Shown here: piece after piece, positions 1 through 7,482 of the stretch
How the letters are laid out: each line of letters begins with the position of its first letter
Numbering within the stretch: position 1 is the stretch's first letter
Assembly (NCBI GenBank): GCA_947632735.1
Contig: CANRQG010000002.1
Location: forward strand, 1-37,722
Length of the DNA: 37,722 bases
Reading direction: 5' to 3'
From: an uncultured Bacilli bacterium
Lineage (GTDB): Bacteria > Bacillota_I > Bacilli_A > RF39 > UBA660
Program-made: the position numbers and the translations under genes
The notes under the pieces: model-generated
Told to the model about the DNA's origin: nothing
Database searches by the model: none
The model's input: only the letters and a program-made list of their open reading frames with translations

Positions 1-305
1 TCTTAGACAAAGTAGGGGAATATATGAAAAAATATATTGGCTCTAGAGATTATAAAAATGCAACTCCAATGATGCGTAAAATCTTGGTTCAAGTCGTTAA
101 TGAAGATTTAACTAAATATGCTAGAGAAATAGAAGAGCCAACTTTACTAATATGGGGTGATAACGATACAGAAGCTCCTGTTAGTGAAGCTAAAGAATTA
201 GAAAAAATAATGCTTGATGCTGCCTTAATCGTTCTACCAGGAACTCATTATGCTTACTTAGAAAATTTAAATAGGATAATACCTATTTTAAATAGCTTTA
301 TTTAG
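1..305 (+). CDS. alpha/beta-hydrolase fold protein, C-terminal fragment (5' end outside the window)
   Basis: The frame is open from the window edge (in-frame codons from nt 3), so the ATG at 24 is probably internal. The C-terminal pattern PTLLIWGDNDTEAPV ... LPGTHYAYLEN resembles the Asp-loop/His-loop end of alpha/beta hydrolases (by-eye motif recognition). Confidence 0.55.
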   Translation, partial: LDKVGEYMKKYIGSRDYKNATPMMRKILVQVVNEDLTKYAREIEEPTLLIWGDNDTEAPVSEAKELEKIMLDAALIVLPGTHYAYLENLNRIIPILNSFI

Positions 306-313
306 GAGGAATT

Positions 314-1927
314 ATGCTTTATTTTATATTAATATTAACCTTTGTTTTTGCTTTATTTTTTAAAACAAAAAGATCCCTTCATATGCTTCAACAAAATCTT
401 TATAATGAAAATAATCGCTATCTTAGATGGGTATTAAAAAATTCTAAACAGTTTTTAGACTTTGATATTATCAATATTTTTATTTCTTCTTTTGGCTTAA
501 TCTTACTTTATGATATTAAAAACTTAGCTAATTTAGCTTTAATTATGATAATTGCGATTTTATTTATTATTGGTATTACTTGGCTTCAAACAATTGCGAA
601 TGACCAGAATAAAAAACCTCTTGTAGTTACTGCTAGAATAAAAAGACTTATCTTTACTATCAGTATCTTATATTTAATCCCAATTATTTTACTAGTTCTA
701 AATGCTTATGATTTAAAAGTTGTCTTTATCTACACCTTAATCCTTAATTTAATGCTTTATTTAAATACTTTTGTTGTTTTTCTTGCTAACGTGATTAATA
801 AACCTGCTGAAAAAATTGTCTATAATTACTATAAAAGTAAAGCTCAAAATAAATTAAAAAATATGCCTAATTTAAAAATAATTGGTATAACAGGAAGTTA
901 TGGTAAGACAAGTAGTAAAAATATTTTAAGTGATATATTAAATGTTAAATATAATGCTCTACCTACACCTAGAAACTTAAATACTTATAATGGTTTAATA
1001 ATGACAGTTAATAATAATCTTGATAAATTTACCGATATTTTTATTGCTGAAATGGGTGCCTATGTTAAAGGTGAAATAGCGGGTCTTTGTAAATTAGTTA
1101 AACCTAAATATGGTATTTTAACTCGTATAGGAACAGCCCATCTAGAAACATTTGGTAGTGAAGAAAATATTATTGAAGGAAAATTCGAACTTATCGAATC
1201 ACTTCCTAAAGATGGTTTTGCTGTTTTAAATGGTGATGATGAAAAGCAAGTTAATTATAAACTAAAAAATAAAATTAAAACTATCTGGATAGGTATTGAA
1301 AATAAGAATGTTGATGTCCTAGCTAATAATATAAAATGTTCCAATAAAGGCTCAAGCTTTGATGTTTCTTTTAAAGGTGATAGCAAAAAATATCACTTTG
1401 AAACTAAACTTTTAGGTAACCATAATATTTATAACATCTTATCAGGAATCGCCTTTGGTAGAGAATTTGGTATTGAAATAGGTGAATTAATTCAAGCTGT
1501 AAAAAGTGTAAAACCGGTAGAACATCGTCTTGAATTAAAACGTCTTGGTAACTTTTATCAAATTGATGATGCTTATAATTCTAACCCAATAGGAGCCTTA
1601 AATGCCTGTAAAGTATTGTCAATGATGCCAGGTATTAAAGTCGTTGTTACTCCAGGTATGATAGAATTAGGTAGTAAAGAATATGAATATAATAAGGCCT
1701 TTGGAGAACAAATCGCTGAAATATCCAAAGCAAATTATGTTATATTAATAGGAGAAAAGAAAACTGAACCTATTAAGCAAGGTTTATTAGAAAAAGATTT
1801 TCCTAAAGAAAAAATAATAGTATTTAATAATGTTAAAGATGCATATCCTTTTATTGGAACATTATGTGGAAAAGAAGAAGTGTATGCATTATTTGAAAAT
1901 GATTTACCAGATACTTATAATGAGTGA
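314..1927 (+). CDS. murF: UDP-MurNAc-tripeptide--D-Ala-D-Ala ligase (MurF family) with a polytopic membrane N-terminal extension
   Basis: 537 aa. It has the Mur-ligase P-loop GITGSYGKTSSK (aa 191-202) and the later EHRLE and DDAYNSNP motifs typical of MurF. It overlaps or abuts ddl. The first ~160 aa are 4-5 hydrophobic helices instead of the usual soluble N-terminal domain. Confidence 0.8.
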   Translation: MLYFILILTFVFALFFKTKRSLHMLQQNLYNENNRYLRWVLKNSKQFLDFDIINIFISSFGLILLYDIKNLANLALIMIIAILFIIGITWLQTIANDQNKKPLVVTARIKRLIFTISILYLIPIILLVLNAYDLKVVFIYTLILNLMLYLNTFVVFLANVINKPAEKIVYNYYKSKAQNKLKNMPNLKIIGITGSYGKTSSKNILSDILNVKYNALPTPRNLNTYNGLIMTVNNNLDKFTDIFIAEMGAYVKGEIAGLCKLVKPKYGILTRIGTAHLETFGSEENIIEGKFELIESLPKDGFAVLNGDDEKQVNYKLKNKIKTIWIGIENKNVDVLANNIKCSNKGSSFDVSFKGDSKKYHFETKLLGNHNIYNILSGIAFGREFGIEIGELIQAVKSVKPVEHRLELKRLGNFYQIDDAYNSNPIGALNACKVLSMMPGIKVVVTPGMIELGSKEYEYNKAFGEQIAEISKANYVILIGEKKTEPIKQGLLEKDFPKEKIIVFNNVKDAYPFIGTLCGKEEVYALFENDLPDTYNE

Positions 1928-1941
1928 GGAGTGTGTTTAAA

Positions 1942-3153
1942 ATGAAAATTAAAGTAGGCGTAATTTTTGGTGGTGAAAGTGTTGAACACGAAGTAAGTAT
2001 TATTTCAGCTATTCAAGCTATGAACAAATTAGACCAAGAAAAATATGAAATAATTCCCATCTATATAACTAAAAATAGAGAATGGTATACAGGCGATATG
2101 TTACGAGATATTGAAGTATATCAAGATTTAGGTCTAATAAAAAAATATGGTACTAATGTCGTTTTATACTATAAAAATGGTAGTTATGTTTTACAAAAGA
2201 AGTCTTTCCCTAAAACTATCGTTAAAGAACTAGATATTGCCTTCCCAATAGTTCACGGTACTAATGTCGAGGATGGTGTTTTACAGGGTTATCTTCAAAC
2301 GATAGGTATTCCATATGTTGGCTCTAATGTTTATGCATCAGTTGCTGGCCAAGATAAAACAATTATGAAAGATATTTGGTCAAGTGCCCTTATTCCTATG
2401 CCAGCTTATACTTGGTTTTATGATGTTGATTACAAAAGAGATAGCGAAGAAGTCTTAAAGAAAATTAATAAGTTAAAATATCCTTTAATTGTGAAGCCCG
2501 CAACAACAGGCTCCAGTGTAGGTATTTCTCTATGTGAAGATGAAGAAGCTCTAATTGAAGGTATCGATGAAGCCATCCAATATGATAGTAAAGTTATCGT
2601 AGAAGAAGTTGTTAAAAATTTAAAAGAAGTAAATATTGCTGTTATGGGTAATTATGAACATCAAAAAGTAAGTGAAATAGAAGAAGTAATCCCAACTAAT
2701 AAATTCTTGACTTATGAAGATAAATATATTGGTAATGAAAAAGGTAAACTAAAAGGAAAAATACCAGTTAAATCATCATCTAAAGGTATGGCTTCAACTA
2801 ATAGAAAACTACCTGCTGATTTAAATGAAAAATTACGTAAAGAAGTTGAAACAATTGCTATTAAAGCCTTTAAAGCTTTAGGCACTTCCGGTAATGCTAG
2901 AATTGACTTTTTAATCGATGAGAAAGCTAATAAAGTCTACATAAATGAAATAAATTCCATTCCAGGAAGCCTAGCTTTCTACCTATGGGATGCTAAAGAT
3001 GTAAACTTTTCACAAGTACTTGATGATATGATTAATATTGGTATTAAAGACTTTAAAAAACGTATTGGAAAAACCCATTCCTTTGAAACTAACATTCTAA
3101 AAGGTTTTGCCGCTACTGGTGGGGTAAAAGGAATGAAAGGAAAATTAAAATAA
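1942..3153 (+). CDS. ddl: D-alanine--D-alanine ligase
   Basis: ATG 1942 is preceded by GAGGAG (1926-1931). The ORF-track GTG at 1924 overlaps the murF stop and lacks an RBS. Motifs present are KVGVIFGGESVEHEVS at the N-terminus, an ATP-grasp core, and ARIDFL...YINEINSIPGSLAFYLW at the C-terminus. Confidence 0.9.
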   Translation: MKIKVGVIFGGESVEHEVSIISAIQAMNKLDQEKYEIIPIYITKNREWYTGDMLRDIEVYQDLGLIKKYGTNVVLYYKNGSYVLQKKSFPKTIVKELDIAFPIVHGTNVEDGVLQGYLQTIGIPYVGSNVYASVAGQDKTIMKDIWSSALIPMPAYTWFYDVDYKRDSEEVLKKINKLKYPLIVKPATTGSSVGISLCEDEEALIEGIDEAIQYDSKVIVEEVVKNLKEVNIAVMGNYEHQKVSEIEEVIPTNKFLTYEDKYIGNEKGKLKGKIPVKSSSKGMASTNRKLPADLNEKLRKEVETIAIKAFKALGTSGNARIDFLIDEKANKVYINEINSIPGSLAFYLWDAKDVNFSQVLDDMINIGIKDFKKRIGKTHSFETNILKGFAATGGVKGMKGKLK

Positions 3154-3162
3154 TTATAATTT

Positions 3163-3190
3163 GAAAACTCTTATCATAGAGTTTTTTCTA
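3163..3190 (+). terminator. rho-independent terminator after ddl
   Basis: The stem aaaactct (3164-3171) pairs with agagtttt (3178-3185) across the 6-nt loop tatcat. A T-run follows to 3187. Confidence 0.7.
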
Positions 3191-3319
3191 TTTCTCTTAA
3201 ATTTTACTATTTATTGTCTACTTTTCTTATAAGATAAAATAAATTATTTAAAAATATCTTTCAAAAACAAATTAATTAGGTTATACTTATTATAGTAAAA
3301 TAAGGAGCGTGTTTTAGTT

Positions 3320-4879
3320 ATGGTTATTAGAAAACCCTATGCTTTTTTAATAAAAAACTTCAAAAAAATACACATATTTTTGTTTTTATTATGCGCTTTT
3401 ATTTACTATAAAGTACTTCAAGTAAATGAATTTGTAAGTGAATTTATGCAACTAGGTAGTTATGACTCTTATAATGAACCAATTGCAAGATATATAAACT
3501 TCTTTATCTATCTAATTTTATTAGTTGTCGTAATTACTAGTTTTTTATTAATCTTACTTTTAAAAAGAAAAAATAAGCCCTGGAAGTTATACTTAATACC
3601 ATTTATAACATATTTTACTATTATGTTTATTTTTGCTTGGACAAGTAGTTTCTTTAATACTTATATGGGTGGAACAGAAACAACTAATATAAGAATGATA
3701 AGAGATATCCTGGGTATTCTTTCTTTCTTCCAATATCCTGTCTTTGTAATTCTTTTTATCAGAATTTTTGGAATAGACCTAAGAAAATTTAACTTTAATC
3801 AAGACCAAGAATATTTAGAATTAGCTAGTGAAGACCGTGAAGAATTTGAAATAAATATTGATATTGATAAAGAATCTTTCAAAAGAGCTTTTAAAAGATT
3901 AATTAGAAATATTAATTACTTATATCAGGAGCATAAACTAATTTGTAATACTATAATTGTTATTATTTTTGTTATTTTAATTAAAAATTTATATACTTTT
4001 GTTTTTGTTACTAATAGGTCATATAAGCAGGGTCAAACTTTCGACGCTAATGGCTATACAATAACCGTAAATAATAGTTATTATACTGATAAAGATTATA
4101 AAGGTGATGTCATTTCTGATAAGAATAATTTTGTTATTATTGATTTAACAATAAAAAATAATTCGGAAAAAAGAGAAATAAATTTAAGTAACTTCCACGT
4201 TATGAATGGTGTTAGTAACTATGCTACCACATCTAAAACATATGAAAGTGATTTTGAAGATTTAGGTAAAGTAATGGACTCTGTTCAAGAAGTAAGTCGT
4301 GATGCCTCCGTTCGAACAATAATTATTTTTAGAGTAGATAAAAAACTTCCTAAAAATCGTTTTGTTTTATATTATCAAGAATTAGAGGGAAATAATCATT
4401 TAAGAAAAATAAAATTAAAAATAAATGATTTATCACAAATTATAAAACACGACCCTATTGAATTTGGTAATAATTTAAAGATTAATTACAAAGATGAAAA
4501 AGAAGATATTATTTTTGATGGTTTCCAAATACTAGATACAGTTACTTATAGAACAAGACTTTGTAATACTACAAAATGTGAGGATAGTACTAGAGAATAC
4601 AAAGCTAAAACTAATGAAAAAATAATTTATTTAAGCTATTCTTCTTCAGAAATTGATAGCAATAATATGGTTGACTTTTCTACTGATTATGGTAAAATTA
4701 GATATAAAGATAGTAATGGTACTAAGACTATAAGAATGGCAAGTGCTGTTACATCAAAATACTTTGGTAAGTATCTATATTTAAAAGTTCCTAACGAGAT
4801 TATTGATGCCAAAGAAATAAGTCTTATTTATACAATAAGAAATAATGAGTATACCTATAATTTAAAAAAAGGAGCCTAG
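3320..4879 (+). CDS. polytopic membrane protein with extracytoplasmic beta-rich domain (DUF4352-like)
   Basis: 519 aa. It has about 4-5 N-terminal TM helices, a charged linker, another TM (aa ~205-228), then a region (GYTITVNNSYYTD...FVIIDLTIKNNSEKREINLSNFHV) resembling DUF4352-type Ig-like domains. It is the first gene after the ddl terminator. Confidence 0.5.
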   Translation: MVIRKPYAFLIKNFKKIHIFLFLLCAFIYYKVLQVNEFVSEFMQLGSYDSYNEPIARYINFFIYLILLVVVITSFLLILLLKRKNKPWKLYLIPFITYFTIMFIFAWTSSFFNTYMGGTETTNIRMIRDILGILSFFQYPVFVILFIRIFGIDLRKFNFNQDQEYLELASEDREEFEINIDIDKESFKRAFKRLIRNINYLYQEHKLICNTIIVIIFVILIKNLYTFVFVTNRSYKQGQTFDANGYTITVNNSYYTDKDYKGDVISDKNNFVIIDLTIKNNSEKREINLSNFHVMNGVSNYATTSKTYESDFEDLGKVMDSVQEVSRDASVRTIIIFRVDKKLPKNRFVLYYQELEGNNHLRKIKLKINDLSQIIKHDPIEFGNNLKINYKDEKEDIIFDGFQILDTVTYRTRLCNTTKCEDSTREYKAKTNEKIIYLSYSSSEIDSNNMVDFSTDYGKIRYKDSNGTKTIRMASAVTSKYFGKYLYLKVPNEIIDAKEISLIYTIRNNEYTYNLKKGA

Positions 4880-4882
4880 ACT

Positions 4883-6658
4883 ATGAATAAAAAGGTTAAA
4901 AAATATTTTAAAATTATTATAACAGTAGTAATTATTGCATTATTTGTTTGGTTTTTAATAATCTATCCTTTAGTATCTTTTAAAGGCTATGAAAAACAAA
5001 TGAAAGAAGCAGCTGAAAGATATTTTGTAATTAAACCAGGAGAACTTCCTACTGGTGAAAGAATAAAAACCATAACTTTACAAGATTTATTCTTTGGTTC
5101 ATATATAAAAGAAGATTTTTATATACCATATACTAAAGAACCTTGTTCACTAAAAGATAGTTGGGTAAAAGTTCGCAAAGAAAATGAAGAATATAAGTAT
5201 TACGTTTATTTAAAATGTGGTGTCTTATCCTCAACAGTTGACCATAAAGGACCAGTAATCACTTTAAATGGTGATGAAAAAATGACTATTACTAAGGGGG
5301 ATAAGTTTGAAGATCCAGGCATCAAAAGTGTTGTCGATAATAAAGATGGTAAAATAGATGTAAAGAAAGTAGAAACTGCTGGTACAGTTGATACTAGTAA
5401 AACAGGAACCTATACTATTACTTATACTGTTTTAGATAGTCTAAATAATAAAACAGAAGTAAAAAGAGAAGTTGAAGTAGTAGAAAGATTAAAATCAACT
5501 GTAAAAACTCTTTTAGGAGATAAAACAAGCTTTACTGGTGAACCTGAAAATAATTACATATATTTTTCTAATATGTTATTTAGAATAGTTGATATGGATA
5601 AAGATAATGTAAGAATAGTATCTAATACTGATATTTCTAATGTCAACTATAATGGTATTGAAGAATGGTTAGACGAAGTCTTTTATAAACACCTAAATAC
5701 TGCTTCTAAAAAACTAATTGTTGAAAATAAATACTGTAATATGAGTGTTAGTCCTGAAAATCTTACTGCTACGGAATGTAGCTCAACAACAGGTAACAAG
5801 AAAGTTTATATACCATCAATTGTTGATGTAAATAAGGCAGGAAATACTGTTGATAATTTTATGGAACCAGCTACAATGAGTTGGTTAGGAACAGCTAAAG
5901 ACAAGAATGAAGCCTACATTGTTAGAAATTTCTTTACAAATGACAATTCGGCATTCCTAAGCTTTGATAAAAAATATAACTTTGGCGTTAGACCAATTAT
6001 CACGATAGATGGTAACACTCTAATAAAAAGTGGTACAGGAACATATGATGATCCATATTATTTAGGAGATAGCAAGAAAGGAAAACCTAATTCTTTAGTT
6101 AGTGAAAGAGAAACTGGAGAGTATTTAAAAATTAGTGATTATCTATTTAGAATAATAGAAACAGATAATGATGGAACAACTAAAGTTATCGCTGAAAATT
6201 CATTAAGACAAGATGGTGCAAATATTAAAACTTCTTATGCAGATGATAATAAAATTTATAATCCTAAAGAAAAAGAAAATGTAGGATATTACATAAACAA
6301 TAGAGTTTCTGAATATATTGATACATCATATTTTGTTAATAAAAATATAACAGTACCAATTTACAAAGAAGATCCTGCATACAAAGAAGAAACTAGTACT
6401 AAGAAATATAAAGTTAAGTTTTCAGCTCCTAATACATATGATATGTTTAGTGCAGCAACAAATAATGAATCATATTGGTTAATTAATTCATCAAAAGATA
6501 ATAAATTGACTAATGGTATATCAGAAATAGGGGCTTATATGTATGGAGAATCAATTATGAATTCATTTGGTGTTAGAGTAGTTGGTTATTTGAAAAAAGA
6601 TGCTACAATCGTTAGTGGTAAAGGAACAAAAGATAGTCCTTATAAAATAAGCAAGTAG
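4883..6658 (+). CDS. membrane-anchored surface protein with an Ig-like (DUF5011-type) domain and two tandem copies of an unknown ~190-aa domain
   Basis: 591 aa with an N-terminal signal-anchor. The segment GPVITLNGDEKMTITKGDKFEDPGIKSVVDNKDGKID...GTYTITYTVLDSLNN looks like a DUF5011/bacterial Ig-like domain. Two repeats follow. Each starts Y(I/L)xxSxxLFRI(V/I)(D/E)xDxD and ends FGVRxxxxxxxxxxIxSGxGTxDxPYxx. Confidence 0.55.
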   Translation: MNKKVKKYFKIIITVVIIALFVWFLIIYPLVSFKGYEKQMKEAAERYFVIKPGELPTGERIKTITLQDLFFGSYIKEDFYIPYTKEPCSLKDSWVKVRKENEEYKYYVYLKCGVLSSTVDHKGPVITLNGDEKMTITKGDKFEDPGIKSVVDNKDGKIDVKKVETAGTVDTSKTGTYTITYTVLDSLNNKTEVKREVEVVERLKSTVKTLLGDKTSFTGEPENNYIYFSNMLFRIVDMDKDNVRIVSNTDISNVNYNGIEEWLDEVFYKHLNTASKKLIVENKYCNMSVSPENLTATECSSTTGNKKVYIPSIVDVNKAGNTVDNFMEPATMSWLGTAKDKNEAYIVRNFFTNDNSAFLSFDKKYNFGVRPIITIDGNTLIKSGTGTYDDPYYLGDSKKGKPNSLVSERETGEYLKISDYLFRIIETDNDGTTKVIAENSLRQDGANIKTSYADDNKIYNPKEKENVGYYINNRVSEYIDTSYFVNKNITVPIYKEDPAYKEETSTKKYKVKFSAPNTYDMFSAATNNESYWLINSSKDNKLTNGISEIGAYMYGESIMNSFGVRVVGYLKKDATIVSGKGTKDSPYKISK

Positions 6659-6666
6659 GTGTAAAA

Positions 6667-7482
6667 ATGAGCAATGCAAAGAAAACTAAAAGAAAATTAA
6701 AAAAACATTCTGTAGTGATATTTATTACTACAGTTCTTTGCTTGCTAGTAGGTGGCTTTTTGATTTTCTACTTAATAAATGAGAATAAGTTTTATCAAAT
6801 AGAAAGCAGAGTTGATAAGGTTGCTAAGAAAGTTAAAGAAGATAAAGCCAAAATAAAAACTGTTGGTTGGTTAAGAGTCCAGGGAACAAAAATAGATTAT
6901 CCAATTATCTATGCTCCTAACTATAACTTTACATATGATATGGAAGATTTTGTTTGGACCGAAACTGATTTTGAAAAGTTAAACAACATTATATATATAA
7001 AAGGACACAACATTTTAAATTTATCTAAGAATCCTTTGATAGCAGATAAATATCACAGTAGGTTTGAACAATTAATGAGTTTTACATATCTAGATTTCGT
7101 TAAAGAAAATAAATATATTCAGTATACCTTTAAAGGGAAAGAATATTTATATAAAATTTTTGCTATATCATACCCAAAAACTTCGGATTTAGATTTATAT
7201 AATAAAAGTAAGTATAGCAAGACAAAGTTAAAAAAATATATTGATGAATCATTAAAAAACAGTATATTTAAATTTGATGTAGATGTTAATAATAATGATA
7301 AAATATTATCTTTAGTAACGTGTACTAGAATGTTTGGTAATAACTATTCTTTCAAAGTAGATGCAAGAATGGTAAGAGAATTGGAACCTATAAAAAATTA
7401 TGATGTCAAAAAAACTAAAGAATATGATAAGGTTGATGAACAAATGAAAGGTGGAAGTTCGAATGAAAATGAAGAAGTATAA
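6667..7482 (+). CDS. srtB: class B sortase
   Basis: 271 aa with an N-terminal TM anchor. Motifs are GWLRVQGTKIDYPIIYA, IKGHN (His), GKEYLYKIFA, LSLVTCT (Cys219, TGT 7321-7323) and VDARMVRE (Arg). They are collinear with SrtB-type sortases as I recall them. Confidence 0.85.
   Translation: MSNAKKTKRKLKKHSVVIFITTVLCLLVGGFLIFYLINENKFYQIESRVDKVAKKVKEDKAKIKTVGWLRVQGTKIDYPIIYAPNYNFTYDMEDFVWTETDFEKLNNIIYIKGHNILNLSKNPLIADKYHSRFEQLMSFTYLDFVKENKYIQYTFKGKEYLYKIFAISYPKTSDLDLYNKSKYSKTKLKKYIDESLKNSIFKFDVDVNNNDKILSLVTCTRMFGNNYSFKVDARMVRELEPIKNYDVKKTKEYDKVDEQMKGGSSNENEEV

Noticed and set aside
1925-1927. Mollicutes-type genetic code (TGA = Trp), given the very low GC and the Mycoplasma-ICE-like pilin-like proteins
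   Set aside because: TGA cleanly terminates murF (1925-1927), the VirB4 N-domain ORF (22569-22571) and others at sensible lengths, with a downstream RBS and start following. Peptidoglycan genes (murF, ddl, sortase) also argue for a walled Firmicute using the standard code.
1924-1941. GTG 1924 as the ddl start (ORF track)
   Set aside because: This start has no RBS and sits within the murF stop region. ATG 1942 is preceded by GAGGAG at good spacing and yields the canonical MKIKVGVIFGG N-terminus.
2740-2815. A ~25-aa insertion in Ddl (GNEKGKLKGKIPVKSSSKGMASTNR) as a novelty
   Set aside because: From memory, a long-form Ddl subfamily with an SKGMA-containing insert before the (L/I)PA motif is common in Clostridia and Bacteroidetes. 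It is probably lineage-typical.
5045-5056. LPTG (in GELPTGER) in the 591-aa protein as a sortase sorting signal
   Set aside because: It lies about 55 residues from the N-terminus, with no following hydrophobic segment and basic tail. It is not a C-terminal cell-wall sorting signal.
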